A stretch of DNA of 63,394 nucleotides, filler included, from Chrysochromulina tobinii (Eukaryota): the NCBI GenBank assembly GCA_001275005.1. It is 9 parts of 9 records of this genome, joined end to end, with 100 filler letters (N's around TTAATTAATTAA, not from the genome) between each part and the next. Parts side by side here need not be neighbours in the genome. Positions count along the whole stretch, not along the records: positions 1 to 18,748 come from JWZX01000496.1; positions 18,849 to 30,548 come from JWZX01000497.1; 7 more parts are not named here. One strand, given 5' to 3'. Positions 10,442 through 21,985 of this stretch are shown here, piece by piece. Made by a program: the position numbers and the translations under genes. Each line of letters opens with the position of its first letter. Positions within the stretch are counted from its first letter, which is position 1. The notes under the pieces were generated by a model. It searched no databases and had not been told where the DNA came from. It worked only from the letters and a program-made list of their open reading frames with translations.

Positions 10442-11374
10442 ATGCCAGGCGCGCCCCCGCCGATCCGGTTTTCCGCGTTTGAGATGCTCGGCCACGCGGG
10501 GCACACTCGGCTGCTCAAGACGGGCTGCCCGCACCTGGACGCCTTCCTCGGCGGCGGCATCGATACGAACGGCATCACCGAGATCGCGGGTGAAGCAGGC
10601 GCGGGCAAGACGCAGCTTGCGCTGCAGCTTACTCTGCAAGCGCAGCTGCCACCGGCCGAGGGCGGGCTTGGCGGCGCCGCCGTGTACTTGTATGGCGGCA
10701 CCGCCAACGTGGAGCCCGCGCTGCGTCGCCTCCATCAGCTCGCGGACGCCTTCGCCAAGCGGCACTGGCGAGTGCAAGCCGACTGCGAGCTGCTCAAGAA
10801 CAATGTGTACGTGCTGCAAATCGAGGACCCGGACGACCTGTGGCGCACGGTGAGCGAGCGCGTGCCGGCGCTCTTGGGCCAGCACTCGGTGCGGCTGCTC
10901 GTCATCGACTCCATCGGCGGTGTGTACCGCGGGCAGGACGAGGAGAGTGCACTGTCCGCACGCACGATGCACGGACAGCGTGCGCAGCAGTTGCTGCGCC
11001 TCGCGGCGAAGCTCAAGGAACTCGCGCACAAGTTCGACATCGCCACGGTCGTCCTGAACCAGGTCGTCGACAAGCCGTCCGACGGGCAGAACCGCCGCAC
11101 GGCAGCTCCCTGGGAGCTCGGGGCTTGCGGCACGCCTGACGGCTCGATGCGCGTTCCCGCGCTTGGCCTCGCATGGAGCTCGTGCGTGAACACGCGCCTC
11201 GTACTCACGCGCAGGGCGGCGAGCGCACTGATGCCTGAGAGTGCCGCCGTCGCGCCGTACGACTCCATGTGGCGCAGGCACTTGCACGTGGCCTTCTCGC
11301 CTCGGCTGCCTATGGGTGCGGAGGCGCCGTTTTGGGTGCGTGAGGAGGGCGTGGTGGGGGCCGTAGCCGCGTAG
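10442..11374 (+). CDS. XRCC3: RAD51 paralog XRCC3
   Basis: TGCPHLDAFLGGG, Walker A GEAGAGKTQ, Walker B LLVIDS, VLNQV, PALGLAWSSCVNTRL, RHLHVAFSP. Confidence 0.85.
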   Translation: MPGAPPPIRFSAFEMLGHAGHTRLLKTGCPHLDAFLGGGIDTNGITEIAGEAGAGKTQLALQLTLQAQLPPAEGGLGGAAVYLYGGTANVEPALRRLHQLADAFAKRHWRVQADCELLKNNVYVLQIEDPDDLWRTVSERVPALLGQHSVRLLVIDSIGGVYRGQDEESALSARTMHGQRAQQLLRLAAKLKELAHKFDIATVVLNQVVDKPSDGQNRRTAAPWELGACGTPDGSMRVPALGLAWSSCVNTRLVLTRRAASALMPESAAVAPYDSMWRRHLHVAFSPRLPMGAEAPFWVREEGVVGAVAA

Positions 11375-11690
11375 CGTGATTCACTTGCGTCTTTCTGAGA
11401 ATCTCAAAAGAAACGACTCACAAATACCGAATCCGCACTCAGTAGCCCCTTGAATGTACTGGACAATTAACACAGCCCGTCGGTCGTCCAGCTGGTGTCG
11501 TCTTAGGACGACACTTTACTACATACAGCGAAGCCGAGCTGAAGACGAGAGTCGAGAGCTACATGTACTCGGAGACGCCGGGAGACGCGCGTGTCGCGTG
11601 CCTTGGTTGGTTGAGTGTGCACGTCAACCAAGGCACGCGACCTAGCCGTGAGGCACGACATCGGACGTAGCGCTTGCGATCAAGCGACGG

Positions 11691-13490
11691 TCAAGCCGAC
11701 ATTTGGTTTGGTAGAGGCTCAGGGCGCGAAAGTCGAGTCCTCACACCTGGCGCCGCGGGGTTTTTCTTGGGGAAATCCTGAGCAACTCCAGGGAACTTTG
11801 TCCGCCACGGCGCAGTTCCATTGTCATGATCATGCATCTCGTGGTATTGGGCGGCCTCGACGTCGGGGTCCACCAGCCAATCCTCAAGCGTCTTGAAGAT
11901 GGTGCCCGCGGCCGGTTTCGCCTCCTCTGTAGGGGGCTCACAGTTCGTGGCGACCTGCATTTGCGAGAGGAGCGTCGGCGTCGCCCCACCAAAGGCAAAC
12001 GTCGTGAAGACAACCACCATCATCGTCGCAGCACGGATGATGTGCTTGTTGTTTGCTGTGCCGCCGTCAGTGTCGCCGGCAACTTGGTAGGCGAGGGCGA
12101 CCGCAATAGCGCCCCGTAGCCCCGAGAACCAGCAGACCACTTGCTGGCCAATGGGGACGACGTGTTCGGGAGAGGGTGCGATACAGTTGAAGAAGTTGAG
12201 GATCGGGAAGACGTGCACCGCGCGCACGGCGACGGCGAGCACGATAACGAACAGGAAGGCTTTATTGGCATCGACCCAATGGAGGGTAGTGCCTTCGAGG
12301 TCTTCATTGGTGATGTACTCGAGCTCTATCGTGATCGCGAGACCGACGAGCAGATACACCGTGTTCTCCGAGAGGGACGCGAACACCTTGAGCAGCTGGT
12401 CGATACCCACGCGTGCCGGGGCGGACAGGTTGGGGCGCGCGTATGCGCGCATCGTGAAGCCCGCAAACATCGACGAGACGATGCCCGAGTTCTCAAACAG
12501 CTCTGCCCCCACAAACGATATGTACGCGACGAGGACGAAGATGATGCACTCGACATGCGGCATGAGATGGGGTTGCTTGCCCATGCCCATCACGCGGAAG
12601 GTGAGCGCCGCAAAGGCGCCGATGGTGCAGCCCACGGTGGCCGAGCCCACGCCCGTGACCACGAAGGCCAAGGAGATCGACTCAATCTCGTCGAATGTGT
12701 TGATGCCGTAGTGCGTGACGGCGCGGAATGAGATGAGAGCGACTGCGTCGTTGAGCACCGACTCGCCCACCACGATTGAGTTTAGGTTCGGGTCGACCTT
12801 GAGCGCCGTGAAGATTGCGAGCGTTGCGACGGGATCGACGGCCGAAATGAGTGCGGCAAACTGGCCCGACTCTGAGAAGCTCAGGTCGATGAGCCAATCG
12901 GTCGAGTCGGAGTAGAGAAAGTACCACGTGACTCCCGTCGAGATGAGTGTGCCAAAGATTGCGAGCGACAGGATCGGGCCAATATTCTTCCAGAAGAGTG
13001 GCATGTTGAGGCTATACCCCGCCTCGAAAATGATCGGCGGCAGAAGGAAGAGGGTGAAAAATGTCGGGTCGAAGAACAGGTTCGCGTCCGTTAGCAACAG
13101 TGCAGGCGGGATCGACGACTTGATCGTCATGCCGACGATGAAGCCAATAATAATCGTAATACCGCACTCAGGGAACCATAAGATGTGGTTCTGATGGAGC
13201 CACGAGCCCGCGCAAAGCGAGATCACGTTGAGGATACATATGCCCACTATGCTGATCGCGAGGAGGTGATCCTGGTGCACATGCTCGTGCGTCAAGCCCG
13301 TCATGGCATGTTCTCCAATTTCATGCAAGGGCGGCGGCGGCGGCGACGGCGGCAGGCTCCTAGCGCCCCACATGATCGATCGCCCCTGCGTGCAGGCTCC
13401 GACAGCCAGCGGCCGAACGTATTGTGGTTTTGGCGCACCGGCGGAGTTGGCTCCGCGGACACTTTGGGGTCTGGGATTAACTTTCCCCAT
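11691..13490 (-). CDS. CPA1 Na+/H+ exchanger (NHE8-like)
   Basis: FFTLFLLPPIIFEAGY, ISAVDPVATL, GESVLNDAV, WFSGLRGAIA and many TM segments. The true start may be downstream (e.g. 13373). Confidence 0.92.
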   Translation of the reverse strand: MGKVNPRPQSVRGANSAGAPKPQYVRPLAVGACTQGRSIMWGARSLPPSPPPPPLHEIGEHAMTGLTHEHVHQDHLLAISIVGICILNVISLCAGSWLHQNHILWFPECGITIIIGFIVGMTIKSSIPPALLLTDANLFFDPTFFTLFLLPPIIFEAGYSLNMPLFWKNIGPILSLAIFGTLISTGVTWYFLYSDSTDWLIDLSFSESGQFAALISAVDPVATLAIFTALKVDPNLNSIVVGESVLNDAVALISFRAVTHYGINTFDEIESISLAFVVTGVGSATVGCTIGAFAALTFRVMGMGKQPHLMPHVECIIFVLVAYISFVGAELFENSGIVSSMFAGFTMRAYARPNLSAPARVGIDQLLKVFASLSENTVYLLVGLAITIELEYITNEDLEGTTLHWVDANKAFLFVIVLAVAVRAVHVFPILNFFNCIAPSPEHVVPIGQQVVCWFSGLRGAIAVALAYQVAGDTDGGTANNKHIIRAATMMVVVFTTFAFGGATPTLLSQMQVATNCEPPTEEAKPAAGTIFKTLEDWLVDPDVEAAQYHEMHDHDNGTAPWRTKFPGVAQDFPKKNPAAPGVRTRLSRPEPLPNQMSA

Positions 13491-13495
13491 GTTTC

Positions 13496-13602
13496 CCCCC
13501 CCCCTTCAGTTCAGTTCAGTTCAGTTCCGTTCAGTTCAGTTAGGCTTCCGTTAGGTTGTCTGTTGTTTACGAAGTAACTGAACTGAACTGAACCCCCTTC
13601 AG
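13496..13602. repeat. Inverted microsatellite pair (TTCAG)n / (CTGAA)n
   Basis: (TTCAG)n at ~13506-13541 faces (AACTG)n at ~13576-13593. Confidence 0.8.
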
Positions 13603-13747
13603 ACGCGAAGGTTAACGAAGTGTACGGTATTTTGTGACGCGAAGTAGGTTAGCATACTACATTACAACCTAATTACAACCGTGATAACTTTGCGGACAGA
13701 ATCCGTTCCGAACTTCCGATCCGAATCTCTCGAGGGTGTCTCGGCGT

Positions 13748-15863
13748 CTACCGGAACCGGGGGTCCGCGTTAGTTTGGTTCCCGCCGCTGCGGCTCATTC
13801 CGCCGCCCATCATTCCGCCGCCCGTCATGCCGCCACCGCCCATCATGCCGCCGCCCATCGGCGCACCGCCCATCGGCGCACCGCCCATCGGCGCGCCGCC
13901 CATCGGCGCGCCGCCCATCATTCCGCCGCCCATCATTCCGCCGCCCATCATGCCGCCGCCCATCATGCCGCCGCCCATCACGCCACCGCCCATCGGCGCG
14001 CCACCCATTATGCCGCCGCCCATCATGCCGCCGCCCATGCCGCCGCCCATGCCGCCGCTCATGCCGCCCGGCATGCCACCCATCTGGCCGGGCATGCCGC
14101 CACCCATCTGGCCGGGCATGCCGCCGCCTATTTGGCCGGCCATGCCGCCGCCCATTTGGCCGGCCATGCCGCCGCTGCCACCGCCGCGCGCGCCACCGCC
14201 CGATTGCCCCAACATTTGCATGAGCATGCGTTGCTGCGGCGTCCCCCCCATCGCACTGGCAAAAGCACCCATGCCGCCCATCCCCGTCCCCATGCCACCG
14301 CCCATCCCACTGCCCATGCCACCGCCCATCCCACTGCCCATCCCACCGCCCATGCCACCCATGCCTCCCATCTGCGCAGCGACCAAGCCGGGCCCTCTCA
14401 TCCCCATGCCAGCCATACCGGCGCACATGCTGCCTCCGCTGCCCGTCACCCCCATCGCGCCCATGCAGCTGCCGGCGGCGGCGGCCCCCATCCCATTCCC
14501 GGCTACGGCAGGGCCACCCTCGGCCGCCGGCGCCGCCGAGGCCGCGGGCGTGCTGTCCGCCGCGGCCGGCGGCGGCGCCTGTCGCACGGAGCGCAGCGGG
14601 TGCTCGGCGAGTGTCGGTATGGTCATGCCGTCGGCAAAAGGCACGGTGTCGCCACTCCCATCGCGGACGGACCAAGTGTTGTCATCGCTTGCAAAGACCT
14701 CGAGGCGCCCCTGCTCGTCCCACGGGATGCGCGTGCCGTCCATCAGAGGCAATCAATAGGCAATCACGAGGCAATGAACGACACTCAACTGCTCGTCCCA
14801 CGGGATGCGCGTGCAATCCATCAGAGGCAATCACGAGGCCATGAACGACACCCACCTTGGGGACGAGCTCCGCCAGCGACGTGTTGAGCGCCTCGAGCGT
14901 GCTCACCGTACGCCATCCGCCCGAACCAAGCGTGAGCTCGCCCAACGGGCGCAGGCGCACGATCTCTGTGGCATGCAACTTGACCACCACGTCACCCGTC
15001 CCTCTCTCCTGATCCACTTCGAGGCGAGACGAGGCGAACTGCCCCGGCTCGGGCGCGGCCATGCGCGTGCGCGCCACCTTGAGCGGCGGCTGCTGCTGGT
15101 GCTCCCCGTCGGCCGGCCTTTTCTCCGCCGTTGAGGCGGCCATTGAGGCGGCTGCGGCCGCGGCCCTCTCGGCCGCCGCCGCGCTGTCCGCGGCAGCCCT
15201 CTCGGCAGCGGCGGCGAGCTGGGCGGCCCTCTGCTCGGCTGCCTTCTCGGCGGCGGCCTTTGCCTCGGCCGCACGCATCTCGGCCGCCGCAGCCTCGGCT
15301 GCCACCCTCTCGGCCGCCGCCTTCTCTGTGGCCGCCTTCTCAGCCGCTGCTTTCCGGGCAGCCGCCTCTTCCTCAATGAGCTTGGCGACGGCCGCGTTGC
15401 CCAGCACTGTCGCGAGCTCGACCGCGCTCACGCCCGTCGGTCCGGGCTCGATTCTCGCGCCCGCCTTGAGCAGCGATGCGGCGACCGTCTTCGAGCCAGC
15501 GATCACCGCGTGCATGAGCGGCGACAAGCCATCCAGGTCTAGCGCATTGACGTCGGCGCCCGCGGCGATGAGTCTATCGACGCAACGCGTCGCATTCTCG
15601 ATGACCGCGAGCACAAGCGGCGTCTGGCCGCTCTCGCGCTCACGCACGTCCACGCCCGCACCCGCTTCGAGCAGCGCGATGACTGCGGCGAGGTGGTCGA
15701 AGCATGCGGCCGCACAGAGCGGCGTCCGGCCATCGACCGGATGGCCCCAGTCGACGCACGCTCCCTCGCCCACGAGCCGCGTCACGCCGTCTGCTCTCCC
15801 GTGGCGCGCCTCCCAGAAAAGTCCCTCGCTGACCGACGCCGCCGCGCCCGCCTCGGACGCCAT
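13748..15863 (-). CDS. Ankyrin-repeat protein with coiled coil, small globular domain and Gly/Met-rich tail (intron 14711-14855)
   Basis: Ankyrins GRTPLCAAA, GQTPLVLAV, GLSPLMHAV; a phase-0 GT-AG intron joins ORF 14682..15863 to ORF 13748..14752 (VPK|GRLEV); tail of GGM repeats ending DPRFR. Confidence 0.75.
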
Positions 15864-15902
15864 GCCACGTGCCCGTCACAACGCGGACGTTGTTGTCAAA
15901 GA

Positions 15903-18634
15903 ATGGCGGAGGACTTTGAGGAGTTCGACGACCTGCCCGAGTTCGCCAACGAGCCCAACCGCGCTCTGCACCGCCAGCTCAAGGAGCATGAGAAGGCGGT
16001 GGTCGTCGTCGAGAATGAGCTCGTCGAGACCAAGGAGCGCATCGGCACCATGGAGGAGCACCTCTCGGCCGTCAACACGGAGACGCTGCACACCCAGCGG
16101 CTGATCGACGCGAAGGTCAAGGAGATCGAGACCGAGGACCACCTCAAGCAGCTCGCGGAGCGCGAGCGTGGCCGCTTCCAGGCAGAGTACAAGAAGCTGC
16201 AGGCGGAGCTGGCGGAGCTGCACGACAAGGTGAATGGCGTGCAGGTTGCCGTCTTCAAGGGCAACGAGAAAATGGACCAGTTCAAGCTTCAGATGAACTG
16301 GAATCAGGAGGAGCTCGAGCAGTGGGCGCTCGCGGCCCGGCAAAAGGAGGAGGACAACCTCGCGCTGCTCAAGTACTCGAAGGCGGACGAGGCGAAGATG
16401 AAGGACCTTTCGCTGCAGCTGGAGAAGATGCTTGCCGCCGTGCAGAAGAAGAAGGCGGAGCTCGAGGACGAGGTAACGGACACGCAGGCGGCGCAGATCG
16501 AGCTCGACAAGACCGCTGAGGACTTCCGCAAGCTGCACGAGGAGCGCGGCGAGCTGGTGTCGCAGTGGGAGGAGGCGGTCGTGTCAATGCAGAAGCGTGA
16601 CGAGGCGATCCAGCGCGCGCACGAGCAGTTCTCGGTCGCCAAGCGCCAGCTGCGCGAGAAGCAGGAGGTCCTCGCCGAGCGAGAGGCCTTTTTGCTCAGC
16701 GAGCAGAAGAACAACGTCGAAGTCGAGAACAAGATCACGGCGCTCGAGCGCTCGGTGGCCAAGAGCCGCGAGACGCTCACGAAGGCGAACATGCAGCTGC
16801 GCGAGATGGAGGACCAGGTGGAGACGGTGCGCGGCACGCTGAGCAAGGCCGCCTCCGAGATGGCGAACAAAAAGGTGCGGGTGGCCGAGCTCTCGGCACA
16901 GATTGACGAGCGCAAGAGGCGTCTCGACGAGGCGAAGAAAAAGCTCGCCCAAAACGAGCGCTCGCTCGAGCGTTCGCACGCGCACATGGGCGACCTCGAG
17001 AAGTCGGCGAAGCAGATGGACGAGATAAGCGAGCAGGAGAAGATTCGGCTCAAGCAGACGGACAAGGAGCTCGCGGTGCTTAAGGACAAGATGTTCAACG
17101 AGGGGCAGAAGCTCTTCGCGCTGCGCCAGCAGGAGGCGCATCTGCTCTCGGAGATTTCGGGAGCTCAGCGCGTGTCGCGCAACGCGAGCGCGAAGCTCAA
17201 GCAGCTCGACGAGCGCTCGCAGGGGCAGCGCGAGCTCGTGTACGCCGCCGACTTCCAGCTGCAGCTCATGGAACGCAAGGTGGCGCGCGCCTCGGGCGTT
17301 CGCTCGCCGATGGAGCAAAAGGAGCTGCACGCGAAGATCGCCGAGCTCACGGAGGAGTGCGAGCGGTACACGGCGCAGCACCGGATGCTCAACGACCAGT
17401 ACAAGCGGCTCATCAACGACGTCAAGCAGACGAAGCGCATCGCGCACGAGAAGGAGCAGGAGCTCGAGAAGCTCGAGGGCCAAATCTCCGAGACCGAGAT
17501 GAAGACCGACGCGGCCTCGCGCGCTTTGAAGAAGCTCATCAAGGAGAAGGAGCAGAGCATGGTGGCGTTCGACGTGCTCAAGCTGGAGGGGAAGCGGCTG
17601 CGCGAGCAGCTCAACGCCAAGGCCGACGAGGTCTTCGGGCTCACCAACCGCAAGTTCCAGCTCCAGATGTCGATGGAGGAGCGGCAGGAGGAGATCAAGG
17701 TACACCTCGGATACACCTCGGACGTGCTCGCCCTCCTCCGCCCTGCATGCACGCCCCAGCATGCACGTGCTCACCACGGCGCCATGTCCCTTCCCCACAG
17801 GTGCACTCGGACGTGCTCCGCGCGCAGCTCAAGGCCGCTGAGGAGGAGCGGCACGCGGCGGCGCGCGAGCTCGCGAACAAGCTGATCAAGGTGGAGAGGC
17901 TCACAAGCAAGTACGACATCATCTGCGGCAAGCTCGGCGACGGCGGCGACGGCGAGCACACGCAGGCGTACTATGTGATCAAGGCGGCGCAGGAGCGCGA
18001 GGAGCTGCAGCGGCAGGGCGACGAGCTCGACCAGCAGATCCAAAAAGCGGAGCGCGAGATCAAGGCGCTCGAGAAGACGCTGCAGCACCTTTTTGCCAAG
18101 AACGCGGGCTACAAGCGTTCCTTTGCGCCCGTCGAGCAGAACACACCGCAGTTCGAGCAGAAGGTGCTCCTAGAGGAACAGCACCGCGCCGCCCTCTCGA
18201 AGTACCGCACCCACCGGCTCGAGCAGAGCGAGCTCGAGGAGGAGATGGCGCGTATGGCCGACCAGCTCGCTGAGCTCGATGACCAGAAGGCGCGGCTCTC
18301 GACTCAGCTGATGGACCTGTCCGACCAGTCTGAGCAGCTCGAGGAACGCGCCGCGCAGCAGTTGACGAAGCTCGAAGGCGCCAAGGCGCAGGTGCGGCGC
18401 ATGCTCAACGAGCAAAGGCAGCGCGGTGCTGGCGAGGCGCTCGAGCTTGAGCTGGCCCTCATCGAGCAGCGCAGCACCAATCGAGCGCTCATCGAGGCGC
18501 TCACGGCGATCGCTGCGAACGATCCGAAGCTTGCGATGGCGCTTGAGACTAAGATGGCCCAGGCGGGCGTCCAGCCGCCCGCCTTCGACCCGGAGCTCGA
18601 CGACGACGACGAGGCAGGAGTGGACGTTGCATGA
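15903..18634 (+). CDS. CCDC39: Coiled-coil domain-containing protein 39 (axonemal ruler, FAP59); intron 17700-17800
   Basis: LPEFANEPNRAL, FKLQMNWNQEELEQW, QAAQIELDKTAEDFRKLHEER, QAYYVIKAAQEREELQRQGDELD; a phase-0 GT-AG intron joins the two ORFs in frame. Confidence 0.93.
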
Positions 18635-18748
18635 GGCGGGCGAGAGAGGGCCGGGACTTGGCAACCGGAAAAAAATAGGGATGGGCCAGGTTTTCCCGGT
18701 TTGAACCAGGAAAAGTGGTCTGAACCAGGTGGGACTGGTTTTTTGAGC

Positions 18749-18848
18749 NNNNNNNNNNNNNNNNNNNNNNNNNNNNNNNNNNNNNNNNNNNNTTAATTAA
18801 TTAANNNNNNNNNNNNNNNNNNNNNNNNNNNNNNNNNNNNNNNNNNNN
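18749..18848. other. Artificial 100-bp assembly linker
   Basis: N44-TTAATTAATTAA-N44 (stops in all six frames). Identical linkers at 30549-30648, 33863-33962, 36070-36169, 45361-45460, 47690-47789, 51164-51263 and 60459-60558. Confidence 0.98.
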
Positions 18849-19076
18849 AAGCTCATACACATCATGGCTACACACCCCCGAAACGACGAAACGACAAACG
18901 GGGGTGGGGAAGCCGGCGGTAGCACTCTAAACATTTGGCACTCATTGATTGTATGTGGGGCAGCTTTCCAAAATGACCCTAATGATGAGTGCGAACGGAA
19001 GCGCGGCGGCGGCGGCCGACGGCAACGAACGGTTTTCCTTTCAAAACCGTTGCGGGGCGCTCAGTTGTACCTTGAA

Positions 19077-21239
19077 ATGGCAACCGTCGCTCTCGTTGCT
19101 CTCTCAGCCCTCGCGCTCGCAAGCGGAAACGTTCTCTCGGACGTCGCGCTCTCCAGTGCTAACGCTCTCTCGGGTGTTGCGCTCGCCAGCGAGAAGGTAC
19201 TCTCCGTGAACAAGCTCATGAGGCGCCGCCTCCAAGAGGTGCAGCCGTTCCAGTTCTACATCGATCGGCTCTACGAGAAGACTGATACGGCGCCCGCCTT
19301 GCCATCCATGAATTTCCCGGGCGGTAACAATAATGTGAGTCGGCCAGAGAGCGCCTACCCCGATCCTCTTTCCCGCCGAACCCAGCTCTTGTTCGACCAC
19401 CCCCATCACGAACACGAAGCTACCATCACGAGTTCTCTGCTCGGCCCTGTCCTTGTGCCGACGGCGCGCGTCCAACCCCCGTCCGCCCTCTCCTCCCTCC
19501 CTCCCACCGCTTGCTCGTAGGCTCTCGTCGATCTTTTCGAGTTCCAGCACCTCGTGCGCCTCCTCGCCCTCAACTGCGACGCGACGTCCTCGACACGCCA
19601 TGACGGGCGCTACTGCATCGCGGATGTGCCGGCCCAGTTCCAAGCCGCCAATGCCAACAACGTGACGAATGGTATCAGCATGACGGAGCTCACTAATTGG
19701 GTCGTCAGCCGTGAGAGCAGCGCAATCGCTGCGGACCAAGAGCTGGGAAACCAGCTCATCATGAGGCTCACGGGTGTGCCCGATCCGGAGGCGGCGGTTG
19801 GATTGCTGTCCGGAATCGGCCAGGTCTCCTCTTCGCAGTCAGCTGCAGAAGCGGTCGTCACCGTGTCCTTCACGCTCGGAGTCGCGCCTGACACGCTCTT
19901 CCCGGGCGAGAAAGACATGATCTTGATGAATTGCATCAAGCTGCTCTATCCCAACGAGACCCCGACCAGATATCAAGAGATCTTCACTGACACGGTCATG
20001 ACTATCTTGTCGGGCGACGCGAGCGGACGACGGCTGTCGGTGGCCACCTCGTCGACCGTGACCATCACCGCCTACTTCCCCAGCGATGCCGCGGCCTCTG
20101 CGGGCTCGGCCAACATGCAGTCCGTCATGAGTTCTCCTGCCGCCGCGACTACATATCTGGGCGTGCCCGTCACCTCGACCCCCACGGTGTCGATCAGCAA
20201 GCCGCCGGGCTCTGGCGCAATGGAGATCGTCCCGGCGGCGATCATCGCCGGCTTGATGGTCGTCCTCTTCTTCGTCGCTTGCTGCGTCGCCAAGTTCTGC
20301 TCCGAAAAGATGCGCAAGAAGTTCGAGACTGCACCGAAGGCGGTGGGCTGCTGCGGCAGCTGCCGCGCGGGCTGCTGCTCGGCCTTCGCGCTCAAGGGGT
20401 GGGCCTGGAACAACATGATCGCCATCGTCTTCCTGCTCGTCGCCGCAGGCGTGCTCTTTCACCGAATGCATGCTGTGACGATGGGGATCATCGGCATCAT
20501 CGACGCCGTCTTCGCCATGCAGACTGTGAGCATGGAAGAAGTCCGTGACGCTGTCGCAGGGTTCAGTAGCATCCTCGGCATGATCGATCCGATCCGTCCG
20601 CAACTCCCTCTGCTCACCATCGCGGTCATCGTGCCTGCCGCCGTCGCCGCCATCTTCCTCTTGATCTCTTCGTTGTGCTCGTGCCGCGCCTCTGGCACCA
20701 TGTGCTGCGCCAAGCTCTTCCTGATGCTCACGTATATCTTCCTGATCATCTGCATCGTCTTCTACATCATCTTCGCTGCGCTTGGGATCGCCATCTCGCT
20801 GCCCATAGTGAGATCGCAGCTCTCGATGGTCACCGGTATCTGCGGGACGACCTTGCCCATGCTCCAGCAGACTCTTCAGGACTCGAGCTTGGCACTCGAG
20901 CGCGCACGGGCCACGCCCGGCGTCGCCTCAGCAGATCTCGACACTGCCGCACAGCAGATGGCGAACGCTGCGGAGCCGGCAGCTATTATGAACGACCTGT
21001 GCGGCACACTGTACTCTCTCTTTGACCATTTGCCGGCCCTCTTCGCCCCGGCGCTCTCGTGCGTCTTCGCGGCCATCTACGGGCTCTACTCCTCGTGTGT
21101 CACGTGCTGCGTGGCCAAGTGCTGCTGCTCTCCGAAGGTGACAAGCAAGAAATACAACGGCGAGCTCGTCTGGCATGTGCATGGCAAGAGCAAGGTCACC
21201 AAGGTTATTCCGTCGGAAACGGAACTCGTAGCTCCCTGA
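19077..21239 (+). CDS. Signal-peptide, Cys-rich multi-pass membrane protein of unknown family (intron 19335-19520)
   Basis: MATVALVALSALALA signal; GTGAGT...TAG phase-0 intron; about five hydrophobic helices flanked by CC clusters; two RRL motifs. Confidence 0.75.
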
Positions 21240-21985
21240 ACTCGGTCTTGGATGCCCGATTCTCGCGCATCCGCCCGCTCGCCATGGTCGGCGTGAGCCA
21301 GCTTGAGGAAGAAGGCACCGGGACCGTCACCCCCATTCGTGGCCGCCGCCGCCGCCGCCGCCGCTGCCCCCGCCCTCCCCGCCCCCGCTTCCACCCCCAG
21401 CTCGACGACGACCTTTCCTCTACCGAGGAGGATGCTCTTAACAGATGTGTGTTGTTTGTGTGTCCGCCACGGTCCACACGCCAGTCAGGCGAGGTGGTTG
21501 CACGGGTTCAGAGGCTTCAGACCCGGGGTTGACCCGGGGTATGGCGACTCTGAATCGTGTCTGTGAGCGCGGTCCGCGGGACGGAGCATGAGAATGATCC
21601 GAGTGTGAACGTGTATGTGGTGTGTCTCTTCAGTCTTCTCTGTGCATCACACTTAAAGGGATGGTTATGAATATTATATATTATATATTAAACAGCCCCG
21701 TGAGCTGGCCAAGGTTCTTCACGAGTGCGGTGTGCGCGCGATTGAATGCCGATTGCGTTCGTACGTGTTGGAGTGATGAACGTGTACCGAGGTGCGTTGG
21801 TGGGTTGGGATGGTTGTGAGGTTCGTCTGTCCGTGTGTCCCGTGTGTGTCCCGGCTCCCCCCGGTGTCTTTTTACCGAGGATGAGGGGAAGTGGCACCGG
21901 AAACTTCTAACTTCGCCAAGAACATGCTTGCGCTTTGCGGTGAGGGTACAGACCCTCGGTTGCGGCGCCCGAGTCTGCCGAGGAG

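Noticed and set aside
13736..14887. His-rich and Pro-rich + strand ORFs
   Set aside because: Antisense shadows of the GGM repeat tail.
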